A stretch of DNA of 32,000 bases from Phycisphaera mikurensis NBRC 102666 (GCF_000284115.1 NC_017080.1:1620001-1652000), one strand, 5' to 3'. Counted from the stretch's first letter, positions 9,027 through 18,265 are shown. Notes: generated by a model not told the origin, from the letters alone. Translations and numbers: made by a program.

Positions 9027-11023
9027 GCGGCGCGAGCCCGAGGCCCGCCGGCCGCACGCAGCGGGTGCGCCGCGTCCTCTACGGGGGCAACGCTTTCGTC
9101 TCGGTCGCGGCGGCGGTGGGGGTCGCGCTGGGCGTGGTCTGGTTCGCGGGCTTCGTGGTGCAGCGGGCCAGCGGCCCTTTGGCGTCGGTGGTCCGCCTGG
9201 ACCTCACCGAGAACCGCCGCTTCAGCCTGAGCCCGCGGACGCTGGCGGTGGTCGGCGGCCTCGACGAGCCGGTGGAGGCGGTGCGGGTGGGCGGCGACCC
9301 GGGCGCGGCCGACCTGCTGCGTCGCGTGGCGCGGGCTGCCGGCGGCGGCCGGCTGGAGGTCTCCTCGGTGGACCCGGTGCGGGAGCCGGCGGCTTGGGAG
9401 CAACTGCTCTCGAGGGTGCAGCGGCTCACCGGCGGCGGGGCGGTGGTGGAGGCGGCGCGTGCCGCGGCGGAGGCGGCGCGGGGCGTCGCCGCCGGCTATG
9501 AGGAGGCGGCCGGGCTGCTGGCGGCCGCGGCGTCGGAGGTCCAGGACCGGGAGGCCGCGGAGAAGCTGCGTTCCGACGCGGCGACGCTGCTGGCCCGCGC
9601 GGCGGGGCTGCGGGCCTCGGTCGACGCGGCGGTCGACGGGCTGGAGGCCCCGCTGCCGGCGCTGGCCCGCAGCCGCGAGCCGCTGCGGGTGCAGGTGCAG
9701 TCGCTGCTCGCGGACCAGCTCCCCGCGATGCGGCGTTACCTCGACGCGCGGGCCGGCGACCGGCGGGCGCCCGCGGCCGCCCGCGACGCGGCGCTGCGGG
9801 CGGGCGGGGTGATCGAGGCCGCCGCCGGGCCGCTGGAGGCCGCCGCCGCCCGCCTCGCCGACACGCCGGTGCCGCGCGACCAGGAGCGGGCGCTCGCCGC
9901 GCTCTCCGGCGGGGCCGGCGTCGTGGTGATCCGCGGCGAACGGGTCCGCGCCTTCGCGGCCGGGCCCGGCGACGACCCGGCCACGCTGGAGAGCCGCCTC
10001 GTCGCCTCGCTGCTGAACGCCGAGCTCGACGAGCCGCCGGCGCTGGTCTGGGTCGACTCCGCCGACGCGCCGGCGCTGGGGCAGGGCGGCGCCTTCAACG
10101 CCGTCGCCGGCCGGGCGCGCGACGCGGGCTTCGAGATCGCCCAGCTCCGGCTCGCGCCGGGACCGCTCCGCGTGCAGCCCTTCGAGCCGGGGCGGCGCAT
10201 CGTGTGGGTCGTCCCGCCGATCGCCACGCCCGACGACCGGGACGGCGGCCCGGTGGCCCGGCTCGCCCGACTCCTGGAGGACCGGCTCGCCGCGGGCGAC
10301 GGCGTCGTCCTGGTTCCGGGCTTCCGCAACCTCGGCCGGTACGCCGCGGCCGACCCGCTCGCGGCGGTGGCGGCGGCGGGCGGCATCGCGGTGCGGGAGG
10401 GCGAGCTGGTCCTCGCCCTCGCCGCGGGAGAGGGCGAGGGTGCGAAGCCGGTGGCGTCGCCCCGCTTCGAGGTCTCGTTCGGGCTCGACGCCCCGGCCGC
10501 CCCGGCCGCCGCCGGCGACGCCGGTGCGCGGATCCGCGACGCCCTGGGCACCGGCGTGGCCTTCCTCGAGCTGCCGCAGCCGCTGGAGCTGTCCGGCCCC
10601 GCCGTCCCGCTGCTCACGCTCGACCGGCCGGGCCTCTGGGTCGAGGACGAGCCGCTGGGCAGCGGTGAACTCGGCGGCGCCCGCCCGGGCGCGGCCGACG
10701 CCCGCGGGCCGGCGGCCGTCGCGGCGGCGGCGGCGTTGCCCTCCACGGGCCGCCTCGCGGTCTTCGGCGACGGCCTGATGTTCCGCGACGCCGTGCTGCA
10801 GCGGGCTCGCCGCTCGGTCAATGCCGACCTCTTCGCCGTCACCTGCCTCTGGGCCGCCGGGCTCGACGACGCCGTCGCCGCCGGCCCCGCCACCGGCGTC
10901 GGCCGCGTCGTGCCCGCCCTCGGGGCCGACACCCGCCGCAACCTCCAGCTCGCGCTCGCCGCCGGGCTGCCCGCGCTCGCTCTGCTCGCCGGGCTCGGGG
11001 TCGCGTGGTGGCGACGCGGCTGA
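9023..11023 (+). CDS. ABC-transporter auxiliary protein, GldG-like, 666 aa
   Basis: The GTG at 9023 overlaps the permease stop as GTGA. There is an N-terminal TM helix (AFVSVAAAVGVALGVVWFAGFVV), followed by RLDLTENRRFSLSPRT, which resembles the conserved DLTxxxxxxLS motif of the GldG family. A C-terminal TM helix reads LALAAGLPALALLAGLGVAWW. The position after an ABC-2 ATPase and permease also fits. Confidence 0.7.
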   Translation: MSGASPRPAGRTQRVRRVLYGGNAFVSVAAAVGVALGVVWFAGFVVQRASGPLASVVRLDLTENRRFSLSPRTLAVVGGLDEPVEAVRVGGDPGAADLLRRVARAAGGGRLEVSSVDPVREPAAWEQLLSRVQRLTGGGAVVEAARAAAEAARGVAAGYEEAAGLLAAAASEVQDREAAEKLRSDAATLLARAAGLRASVDAAVDGLEAPLPALARSREPLRVQVQSLLADQLPAMRRYLDARAGDRRAPAAARDAALRAGGVIEAAAGPLEAAAARLADTPVPRDQERALAALSGGAGVVVIRGERVRAFAAGPGDDPATLESRLVASLLNAELDEPPALVWVDSADAPALGQGGAFNAVAGRARDAGFEIAQLRLAPGPLRVQPFEPGRRIVWVVPPIATPDDRDGGPVARLARLLEDRLAAGDGVVLVPGFRNLGRYAAADPLAAVAAAGGIAVREGELVLALAAGEGEGAKPVASPRFEVSFGLDAPAAPAAAGDAGARIRDALGTGVAFLELPQPLELSGPAVPLLTLDRPGLWVEDEPLGSGELGGARPGAADARGPAAVAAAAALPSTGRLAVFGDGLMFRDAVLQRARRSVNADLFAVTCLWAAGLDDAVAAGPATGVGRVVPALGADTRRNLQLALAAGLPALALLAGLGVAWWRRG

Positions 11024-11024
11024 C

Positions 11025-11070
11025 CCGCGGACCGCGAGCCTCTCCCGCCGGAACCGGCCGCGGTCCGCGG
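11025..11070. repeat. REP-like inverted repeat, copy 3 (12-bp perfect arms, 22-nt spacer)
   Basis: ccgcggaccgcg (11025-11036) is the exact reverse complement of cgcggtccgcgg (11059-11070). The repeat starts 2 nt after the stop of the GldG-like gene. Confidence 0.85.
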
Positions 11071-11332
11071 CCGGACCGGCCACGCCGGGGCGCCGGAATC
11101 GCGGAGGTCGTGCATTTGCCTACACTCGCGACTCGGCCGCTTGGTGGCCGGCCCCCGAGAGACCCCGTGATGAGCCCGAAACTCAGCATCGATCTCAACG
11201 ACCGCTCAGCCGGCCCGCGCCGGCGCTTCCCGCGGGGGTGGCCGATGGGCTGAACGCCCTCGGCCATCCCGTCCGTCGGCCGCCCGGTTCCACCCGGCCG
11301 CCGACGGAGGAGCGTTTCGACGCTCCCGCCCA

Positions 11333-11366
11333 CCACGAGCCGGTCCGCCGGAGTCTCGTGGTTTTT
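11333..11366 (+). terminator. intrinsic terminator-like hairpin plus T5 tract in the nusA upstream region
   Basis: ccacgag (11333-11339) pairs with ctcgtgg (11355-11361). These enclose an inner ccgg-tccg-ccgg hairpin and are followed immediately by ttttt (11362-11366). A T5 run is conspicuous in this GC-rich sequence. A second hairpin, ggagcgt-ttcg-acgctcc (7-bp stem, UUCG loop), sits just upstream at 11309-11326. Confidence 0.5.
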
Positions 11367-11454
11367 CATTCCCGACCGCTCCCGGCTCACCGGCCGCGAA
11401 CACGCCCCGGCGATCCTCCGAACGCCCCGACAACCTCCCACAACGCCCAAGACG

Positions 11455-13203
11455 ATGAACACCTCCGAACTCCTCCGCCTGATCGACACCATCGCCCGCG
11501 ATCGCAACGTCGATCCCGAGCTGCTCTTCGTCGACCTGGAGCAGGCGATGGTGTCCGCGGCGAAGAAGCACTACCACGCGGACGAGGAGGAGGACTTCGC
11601 CTGCAAGATCGACCGGAACACCGGCGAGATCAACGTCTGGCGCGAGCAGGACCCCATCGACCTCTCGGACATGGGCCGCATCCCCGCCCAGACGGCCAAG
11701 CAGGTGATGATCCAGCGCTTCCGCGAGGACGAGCGCGACAGCGTCTTCGAGGAGTTCGAGACCCGCATCGGCGACCTCGCCACCGGCACCGCCCAGCGCT
11801 ACGAAGGCGGCGCCCTCATCGTGCAGATCGGCCGGGCCGAGGGCTTCATGCCCCGCCGCGAGCAGATCCCCGGCGAGCAGCATCAGCCCGGCGAGCGCGT
11901 CCGCTGCCTGATCCTGGACGTCCGCAAGGAGACCAACCAGGTCAAGATCGTGCTCTCCCGCGCCGCCCCGGAGATGATCCGGCGGCTCTTCGAGGTCGAG
12001 GTCCCCGAGGTGGCCGAGCGGATCATCGAGATCAAGGAGATGGCCCGCGAGCCCGGCGCCCGGACCAAGATCGCCGTGCAGAGCCTCGATTCCCGGGTCG
12101 ACGCGGTCGGGGCCTGCGTGGGGGTTCGCGGCTCGCGCATCCGCAACATCGTCGACGAGCTCGGCGGCGAGAAGATCGACATCGTCCGCTGGCACGAGTC
12201 CTCGCAGGTGCTCATCGCCAACGCGCTGAAGCCCGCCGAGGTCGTCGAGATCTCGCTGTGCTTCGAGCTCGGCCGGGCGACCGTGGTCGTCCACGAGGAC
12301 CAGCTCTCGCTGGCGATCGGCAAGCGGGGGCAGAACGTCCGGCTTGCCGCCCGGCTCACCAACTGGGACGTCGACATCCTGACGCCGGCGGAGTACACCC
12401 GGTCCATCGACACGATGGAGTCCTGCCTCACCGGCCTCGAGGGCGTCGAGGACGACATGACCGACCGGCTCGCCGCGTTGGGCATCATCTCGGTGATGGA
12501 CGTGGAGGAGGTCGGGGCGGAGTGGCTGACCGAGCAGCTGGAGATGGACCCCGGCCTCGCTGCGGTCATGGTCGCCGCCGCTTCGGAGAAGGCGAAGGTG
12601 GTGGCCGTCGAGCAAGCCGCCGACAAGACCGCCAGCGAGAAGAAGCGCAAGGCCATCTCGGCGATGATCGCCGGCGGCCAGGATCCCAAGGCCGCGGCCG
12701 AGGCCTGGGCCGCGGCGAACCCGCCCAAGCCCAAGCCCGGCGAGCCGTCGGACCCGGCCGCCGCGGCGGAGCCGCTCTCTCACTCGGTCAGCCACGCCGG
12801 CGAGGGCGCCATCCACGCCACCGACGAGGAAGCGCCCGCCGAGGGCGGCCACGCCGCGCCCGACGGCGGCATCAACCCCGCGGACGCGGCGGATGCAGAG
12901 GGCCCGGTCGATCCCGCCGAGAGGGCCGACGTCGCCGGCACCGAGGAGGCCGTCGCCGCCGGCGTCGCGCCGTCCGAGCTGGACGCCGGGCCTCCGACCG
13001 GCGACGTCAGCAACCTCGCCGATCCCGACCTCAACCCGCTCGGCGGCGAGCCGGAGGACATCGAGGCGACCGAGGCGATCCAGCAGGGCGGTGCCGCGGA
13101 GATGCTCGCCGACAAGACCGACCCGCTGCAGGGCGTGGTCATGTCCGACCCCGACGAGATGGAGCTGCCGGCCAGCTCCGAGGCCTCCGCCGAGAAGCCC
13201 TGA
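11455..13203 (+). CDS. nusA: transcription termination/antitermination factor NusA, 582 aa, with a long acidic C-terminal extension
   Basis: The N-terminus MNTSELLRLIDTIARDRNVDPELLFVDLEQAM matches the NusA N-domain. The S1-like region contains GDLATGTAQRYEGGALIVQIGRAEGFMPRREQ. The KH region contains VGACVGVRGSRIRNIVDELGGEKIDIV and LAIGKRGQNVRLAARLTNWDVDI. Confidence 0.95.
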   Translation: MNTSELLRLIDTIARDRNVDPELLFVDLEQAMVSAAKKHYHADEEEDFACKIDRNTGEINVWREQDPIDLSDMGRIPAQTAKQVMIQRFREDERDSVFEEFETRIGDLATGTAQRYEGGALIVQIGRAEGFMPRREQIPGEQHQPGERVRCLILDVRKETNQVKIVLSRAAPEMIRRLFEVEVPEVAERIIEIKEMAREPGARTKIAVQSLDSRVDAVGACVGVRGSRIRNIVDELGGEKIDIVRWHESSQVLIANALKPAEVVEISLCFELGRATVVVHEDQLSLAIGKRGQNVRLAARLTNWDVDILTPAEYTRSIDTMESCLTGLEGVEDDMTDRLAALGIISVMDVEEVGAEWLTEQLEMDPGLAAVMVAAASEKAKVVAVEQAADKTASEKKRKAISAMIAGGQDPKAAAEAWAAANPPKPKPGEPSDPAAAAEPLSHSVSHAGEGAIHATDEEAPAEGGHAAPDGGINPADAADAEGPVDPAERADVAGTEEAVAAGVAPSELDAGPPTGDVSNLADPDLNPLGGEPEDIEATEAIQQGGAAEMLADKTDPLQGVVMSDPDEMELPASSEASAEKP

Positions 13204-13369
13204 CACCGGGCCGCGCCGGCGGCCTCCAAGACCGAAGCGGCTCCCGGGCCGCCCCACGACGCGGCGACCCGGCCGCGGACCCGAAGCGCTCTCCACCTCG
13301 AGCGCCAACCCCGAACCCCGCGGCCACGGCCGCTCCTTTTCGAAGCCTCGCCACCGCGGCGAACCCTTT

Positions 13370-16294
13370 ATGGCCAAGACCTACCGCATCCATCAGCTCG
13401 CCAAGGAGCTCGGCGTCAACAGCAAGGCCATCGTGGCCAAGTGCGACGACGAGGGCGTGCCCGACATCACCAACCACATGTCGGTGGTGAAGCTCGGCCT
13501 CGCCGAAACCATCCGCCAGTGGTTCGCCGACTCCGGAGGGGAAGACCACGCCGCCGTGGAGGCGGCAGACAAGGTCGACGTCGAGGCGGCGAAGAAGAAG
13601 GTCCGCAAGCGGGCTTCGCGCGCGAAGCCCAAGGCCGCGGCGAAGGCCTCGGCGAAGCCCGCCGAGGCGGTGGGCGAGGCCTCGGCGGCGGACGCCGCGG
13701 CGGAGGGCGATCCCGCCGCCGTGCAGGCGGTGACCTCGCCCGCGGGCGAGCCCGCGGCTCCCCGCGAGGCGGCGGCGGCCGGCGAGCCGGAGGCGGTCGT
13801 CGAGCCGGCGAAGCCCGCGGACGCCGCGTCGCAGGAGAAGGCTCCCGCCGAGGATGCCCCCGCGGCGCCGGCGAAGCCCAAGTTCAAGCCGCGCCCCGCC
13901 GACGCCACCACCGTCGTCGGGCCGCGGAATCCGCTGCCCGAGGAGACCGAGCCCGCTCCCGAGAAGGTCTCGCAGATCGGCCGCAAGAACGTGCCCGATC
14001 GGCCCGACGTGGTCTCCCCCGCCGGCGAGCAGATCGGCGAGCTCAAGAAAACGAAGATGTCGGGCCCGAAGCTGGTGCGCATCGAGAAGCCCGAGCCCGA
14101 CGCGGGGCCCCGGCCCCGCCGGGCCGGTCCGCCCACCCGCGGGCCCGCCCCCGGCGAGGTCGCCGGCATCTCGCGCTCGCGCGGCCCGCAGCGGGGCGGC
14201 GGGGTCCGCGGCGGCGGCGGCGACGACCTCGCGCCCATGGGCGGCGGCGGCGGCCGCGGCCCCGGCGGCCCGCGCCGCGGCGGCCCCAGCGGCCCCGCCG
14301 GTGGCGGCGGACGTCGGACGCTCTCGTCCCGGCGCGGGGGCTCCGGCGGCGCCCCCGGCGGGCCGAGCAACTACTCCAAGGCCGACCTCGACGAGCTCGA
14401 CGCCCGCCTCAAGGGCGCCTCCGGCTACATGAAGCAGCGGCGGCGCGACCTCCGCAAGGGCGGCGGCCCGGCGTACCTCACCCGCTCGGCGGTGCAGACC
14501 GGCGAAGCGGTCGAGATCGAGGAGCCCATCACGATCAAGAGCCTGTCGGCGGCGACGGGCATCAAGGCCGCCCAGGTCATCAAGTTCCTCTTCCGGCAGG
14601 GCACGATGGCGACGGTCAACTCGACGATCGACAACGAGCTGGCCGAGGAGGTCTGCCTCGAGTACGACATCGAGCTGAAGATCGCCGCACAGGAGACGCC
14701 CGAGCAGCAGGTCGAGAAGATGTTCTCCGAGCGCGAGCGGACCGACGTCCGTCCGCGTCCCCCGGTCGTCACCGTGCTCGGCCACGTCGACCACGGGAAG
14801 ACCTCGCTGCTGGACCGGATCCGCAAGGAGGACGTCGCCGCGCACGAGGACGGCGGCATCACCCAGCACGTCGGCGCCTACCGCGTCACCGTCAAGGGCC
14901 AGAACGACGAGGACAAGACGGTCGTCTTCCTCGACACCCCGGGCCACGCGGCGTTCTCGAGCATGCGTGCCCGCGGCGCCATGATGACCGACATCGTCGT
15001 GCTGGTGATCGCGGCCGACGACGGCGTGATGCCCCAGACCATCGAGTCGATCAACCACGCCAAGGCGGCCGACGTGCCCGTGGTCGTCGCGCTCAACAAG
15101 AGCGACCTGCCGGGCGCGACCGAGGAGAACCTGCAGAAGATTTACGGCCAGCTGGCCGAGCACGGGCTCAACCCCAGCGCCTGGGGCGGCGAGACCGAGG
15201 TCTTCAAGACCTCCGCCGCCACCGGCGACGGCGTGCCCGAGCTGCTCGAGGCGCTGGACCTCCAGGCCGAGGTCATGGAGCTCGACGCCGACTACGGCGG
15301 CAGCGCCCGCGGCACGGTGATCGAGGCGGAGATGCAGCCCGGCCGCGGCTCAGTCGCCCGGCTGCTCGTGCAGGACGGCGTCATCAAGGTCGGCGACTTC
15401 GTGGTCATCGGCCGCAGCTTCGGCCGCGTCCGCGACATGACCGACGACCGCGGCCGGCGGATCAAGGAAGCCGGCCCCGCCACCCCGTTGGAGCTCTCGG
15501 GCATCGACTCGGTGCCCGACGCCGGCGACAAGGTGTTCGTCACCGACACGCTCAAGCGGGCCGAGGACGTGGCCGAGCAGTACCGCCACACCGAGCGCGA
15601 GCAGGTGCTGGCCTCGCAGACCAAGGTCACGCTGGACAACTTCGCCGACGCCATCGCGGCGGGGAAGATCCAGGAGCTCCGCGTGGTGCTCAAGACCGAC
15701 GTGCAGGGCTCGGCCCAGACCCTCCGGGCCCAGCTCCAGGAGATGGGCAACGACGAGGTCGCGATCCGGGTGCTCCACGCCGGCGTCGGCGCCGTCTCCG
15801 AGTCGGACGTCGTCCTCGCCGACGCCTCCGACGCGATCATCATCGGCTTCCACGTCACCACGCCCGCCGCCGTCCGCGACATCGCCGAGCAGCGGGGCGT
15901 CGACATCCGCAACTACCGCGTGATCTACGACGTCACCGACGACCTGAAGAAGTCGCTGGAGGGCATGCTCTCGCCGGTCACCCAGGAAGAGCACGTCGGC
16001 ACCGCCGAGGTCAAGGTCCCCTTCCGCATCGGCGGCTTGGGCTCCGTGGCCGGCTCGCTGGTGACCGAGGGGGCGATCAAGACCGGCAAGGACATCCGCA
16101 TGCGGCTCACCCGGGACGGCCAGATCGTCACCGACAACCGCCGCCTCGAGTCGCTCCGCCGCGTGAAGGACGAGGTCAAGGAAGTCCGGGCCGGCACCGA
16201 GTGCGGCATCCGGATCATGAACTTCGACGACATCAAGGCCGGCGACGAGCTGGAGTGCTACCGCGTGAAGGAGGTCGCCCGGACGCTGGACTAG
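13370..16294 (+). CDS. infB: translation initiation factor IF-2, 974 aa
   Basis: The ATG at 13370 gives [30 protein letters not shown] (IF2 N-terminal domain). The GTPase motifs are [21 protein letters not shown] and NKSD. The C-terminal IF2 domains end ...[17 protein letters not shown]. The Ala/Pro/Gly/Arg-rich linker is typical of high-GC IF-2. Confidence 0.95.
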   Translation: MAKTYRIHQLAKELGVNSKAIVAKCDDEGVPDITNHMSVVKLGLAETIRQWFADSGGEDHAAVEAADKVDVEAAKKKVRKRASRAKPKAAAKASAKPAEAVGEASAADAAAEGDPAAVQAVTSPAGEPAAPREAAAAGEPEAVVEPAKPADAASQEKAPAEDAPAAPAKPKFKPRPADATTVVGPRNPLPEETEPAPEKVSQIGRKNVPDRPDVVSPAGEQIGELKKTKMSGPKLVRIEKPEPDAGPRPRRAGPPTRGPAPGEVAGISRSRGPQRGGGVRGGGGDDLAPMGGGGGRGPGGPRRGGPSGPAGGGGRRTLSSRRGGSGGAPGGPSNYSKADLDELDARLKGASGYMKQRRRDLRKGGGPAYLTRSAVQTGEAVEIEEPITIKSLSAATGIKAAQVIKFLFRQGTMATVNSTIDNELAEEVCLEYDIELKIAAQETPEQQVEKMFSERERTDVRPRPPVVTVLGHVDHGKTSLLDRIRKEDVAAHEDGGITQHVGAYRVTVKGQNDEDKTVVFLDTPGHAAFSSMRARGAMMTDIVVLVIAADDGVMPQTIESINHAKAADVPVVVALNKSDLPGATEENLQKIYGQLAEHGLNPSAWGGETEVFKTSAATGDGVPELLEALDLQAEVMELDADYGGSARGTVIEAEMQPGRGSVARLLVQDGVIKVGDFVVIGRSFGRVRDMTDDRGRRIKEAGPATPLELSGIDSVPDAGDKVFVTDTLKRAEDVAEQYRHTEREQVLASQTKVTLDNFADAIAAGKIQELRVVLKTDVQGSAQTLRAQLQEMGNDEVAIRVLHAGVGAVSESDVVLADASDAIIIGFHVTTPAAVRDIAEQRGVDIRNYRVIYDVTDDLKKSLEGMLSPVTQEEHVGTAEVKVPFRIGGLGSVAGSLVTEGAIKTGKDIRMRLTRDGQIVTDNRRLESLRRVKDEVKEVRAGTECGIRIMNFDDIKAGDELECYRVKEVARTLD

Positions 16295-16320
16295 CTTCCG
16301 CTCCGCGGGGTGAGTTCCAA

Positions 16321-16356
16321 CGCCGGTCGGGCTTCGGCGGGCGAAGCCCGCCGGCG
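16321..16356 (+). terminator. very stable GC hairpin downstream of infB (possible U-tract-less terminator or processing site)
   Basis: The inner 9-bp stem is cgggcttcg (16328-16336) paired with cgaagcccg (16342-16350), with loop gcggg. The outer 6-bp stem is cgccgg (16321-16326) paired with ccggcg (16351-16356), with one bulged T. An alternative 8-bp hairpin, cggcgggc-gaa-gcccgccg, shares the same bases. No U-tract follows, only tcgtcgttctc further on. Confidence 0.35.
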
Positions 16357-16389
16357 CCGGTGAGTCGTCGTTCTCGCTGGAGAGCTGCC

Positions 16390-16611
16390 ATGCCGTACGT
16401 CAACGTCCGCATCACCGAAGGCGCGACCCGCGGCCAGAAGGCGGCGGTGATCGCGGACGTGACGCGGGCCCTGGTGGAGCATCGCGGGAAGAAGCCGGAG
16501 CATTGCCACGTCGTGATCGATGAGGTCGCCGAAGCCAACTGGGGCTTCGCAGGTCAACTCACCGACGATTGGAAGCGGGAGCCGCAAGCGGAAGATGCCG
16601 GCGGAAGCTGA
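16390..16611 (+). CDS. 4-oxalocrotonate tautomerase family protein, 73 aa
   Basis: MPYVNVRITEGATRGQKAAVIADVTRALVEH has Pro directly after Met, which is the catalytic Pro-1. It also shows the beta-alpha-beta pattern and the size of the tautomerase superfamily. A GGAGAG sequence lies 6 nt upstream, one of the few SD-like sites in the window. Confidence 0.75.
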   Translation: MPYVNVRITEGATRGQKAAVIADVTRALVEHRGKKPEHCHVVIDEVAEANWGFAGQLTDDWKREPQAEDAGGS

Positions 16612-16664
16612 CCGAATCGGACACGCCGAGGCGCAGACCGGGCTTCGCCGGCTCGGAGACCCCC

Positions 16665-17132
16665 ATGAACGAAACTCACCACCCGCGAAGCGGAGACTCT
16701 CACCGAGACAAGAAGGTCGCAAGTGTTCTGCACAAGCAGCTCTCCACCCTCCTCGCCCGCGGCATCGCCGATCCGCGGACCGCTGGGTGCCTCATCAGCG
16801 TCACCGAAGTCGACGTCAGCCCCGACCTGCGGCACGCGACGACCTACGTCTCGGTGCTGCCGGCGCAGCACGAGAACCGCGTCATCCACGCCCTCCGCGA
16901 CGCCACGATCCACCTGCAGAAGCAGCTGAACAAGAAGGTCGCCTTCCGCATCGTGCCCAAGCTGCTCTTCAAGCTCGACCGCGGCCTCAAGAAAGAGGTC
17001 CAGACCCTCGCCGCGATCAGCGAGGGGATGGCCCGCAGCGGGCCCGAGCCCGGCCCGGAGGTCGCGTCCGATGGGGCCTCGCCCCCTCCGCCTGCGGACG
17101 GGTCCGCCGCCGACCCGAACGCCCCCGACTGA
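16665..17132 (+). CDS. rbfA: ribosome-binding factor A, 155 aa
   Basis: The ORF is trimmed to the ATG at 16665. KKVASVLHKQLSTLLARGIADPRTAGCLISVTEVDVSPDLRHATTYVSVL matches the RbfA KH-like core. The gene sits downstream of infB, as in most bacteria. Confidence 0.9.
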   Translation: MNETHHPRSGDSHRDKKVASVLHKQLSTLLARGIADPRTAGCLISVTEVDVSPDLRHATTYVSVLPAQHENRVIHALRDATIHLQKQLNKKVAFRIVPKLLFKLDRGLKKEVQTLAAISEGMARSGPEPGPEVASDGASPPPPADGSAADPNAPD

Positions 17133-17171
17133 ACCCCCAACCCCGAAAGCCGGCCGCAGGCCGACGCTCCC

Positions 17172-18062
17172 ATGGCCAGAAAAACCTCCACCGGCGACGC
17201 CGACAGATTCGCCAAGCTGCTCGCCGAGAAGACGAAACGCGCCGCCGAGGCGGATCGGCTCGAACCGCCGCCCGTGGGCGATCCCGTGTCGCAGCTCGTG
17301 CTCTCGATGCTGACCTTCAACACCGTGACCGAGCGGGCCGAGGCCGCCTTCACGCGCCTGCTCGACGAGCTGGTCGACCTGCACGAGCTGCGGGTGAGCC
17401 ACCCCTACGAGCTCGTGTCGATTGTCGGCGACGGCTACCCCGGCATCGAGGACCGCATCGTCCGCATCCGCGAGGCGCTCTTCGCGATCTACGACGCCGA
17501 GAACGACTTGAACCTGCAGTCGATCGCCGGCAAGGGCAAGAAGGAGCAGCGGGCCTACCTCGACGGTCTCGAGTCGGTGCCGCCCTACGCGGCCGCGCAG
17601 GTCTCGCTCCTGTGCTACGGCGCCCACGCCATGCCGGTGGACGAGCGCCTGCTCGCGGCGCTCGTGGCCGAGGGCGTCTTCGAGGCGGAAGAGACCTGTG
17701 CCGCGGCCGAGGGCTTCCTGCTCCGGCAGGTGAAGGCCGGTGAGGCGATGGAGGCCCACCTGGCCCTTCAGGCCTGGGCCGACACGCTGCCCGACGAGCT
17801 GCCCGAGCGTGTGCGGCTGACCCGGAAGATCGATCCGGAGGCACGCGACGCCGGCGATCCCAAGCCGCCGGCGAAGCTGGGGCCCGAGCCCGAGCCCCCC
17901 GCCCGCAGCGACGTCGCCCGACCCGCCGCCGGCCACCCGCTCGTCGAGGCCCGCCGCATCAAGGCCATCGCCGCCGCCGAGGCCTCCGCCAAGGCCGCCG
18001 GCTCGCGGCCCAACCGCAAGCGGGCCCGCGCCAAGGCCAAGCCCGTCGCCAAGAGCGGATGA
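17172..18062 (+). CDS. HhH-GPD (endonuclease III-like) superfamily protein with a basic Lys/Ala/Pro-rich C-terminal tail, 296 aa
   Basis: DPVSQLVLSMLTFNTVTERAEAAFTRLL resembles the DPFxxLVxxILSxQT opening of Nth-like proteins. A later stretch, LDGLESVPPYAAAQVSLLCYGAHAMPVDERLL, resembles the HhH plus VDTH region. There is no C-terminal Cys cluster. The tail reads KRARAKAKPVAKSG. The assignment is by eye only. Confidence 0.5.
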   Translation: MARKTSTGDADRFAKLLAEKTKRAAEADRLEPPPVGDPVSQLVLSMLTFNTVTERAEAAFTRLLDELVDLHELRVSHPYELVSIVGDGYPGIEDRIVRIREALFAIYDAENDLNLQSIAGKGKKEQRAYLDGLESVPPYAAAQVSLLCYGAHAMPVDERLLAALVAEGVFEAEETCAAAEGFLLRQVKAGEAMEAHLALQAWADTLPDELPERVRLTRKIDPEARDAGDPKPPAKLGPEPEPPARSDVARPAAGHPLVEARRIKAIAAAEASAKAAGSRPNRKRARAKAKPVAKSG

Positions 18063-18213
18063 GATGCCGGCGCTCGGTTCACCGCGCCGCTGCGCGGGAT
18101 CGCTAAGGGGGGAAGGCGCCAAGATCGCGAAGGACGAGGCGGAGAACCCGCACGCTCCGTCCCGGTGAGCTGCACCGGCCCGCTCGAGCGACCTCCGCTG
18201 CGACGCCCCCGTG

Positions 18214-18265
18214 GATCCGCGGACCGCGGACGCAAACGGCTCCAAAGCCCGACGGTCCGCGGATC
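18214..18265. repeat. REP-like inverted repeat, copy 4 (13-bp perfect arms, 26-nt spacer)
   Basis: gatccgcggaccg (18214-18226) is the exact reverse complement of cggtccgcggatc (18253-18265). It lies in the 307-bp intergenic region upstream of hisG. Confidence 0.85.

Noticed and set aside
11170-11253. A 27-codon ORF (MSPKLSIDLNDRSAGPRRRFPRGWPMG) in the nusA upstream region, possibly a leader peptide. The enclosing ORF is the 82-aa one at 11005-11253.
   Set aside because: It has no SD, no recognisable family and no regulatory codon pattern, and it is too short to distinguish from chance. It is mentioned only because the local composition is slightly less GC-rich.
13320-13340. A short GC hairpin (gcggc-cacg-gccgc) followed by tcctttt, between nusA and infB. 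It could be a possible attenuator.
   Set aside because: The stem is only 5 bp and the T-tract is interrupted. nusA and infB are normally co-transcribed, so the evidence is too weak to call.
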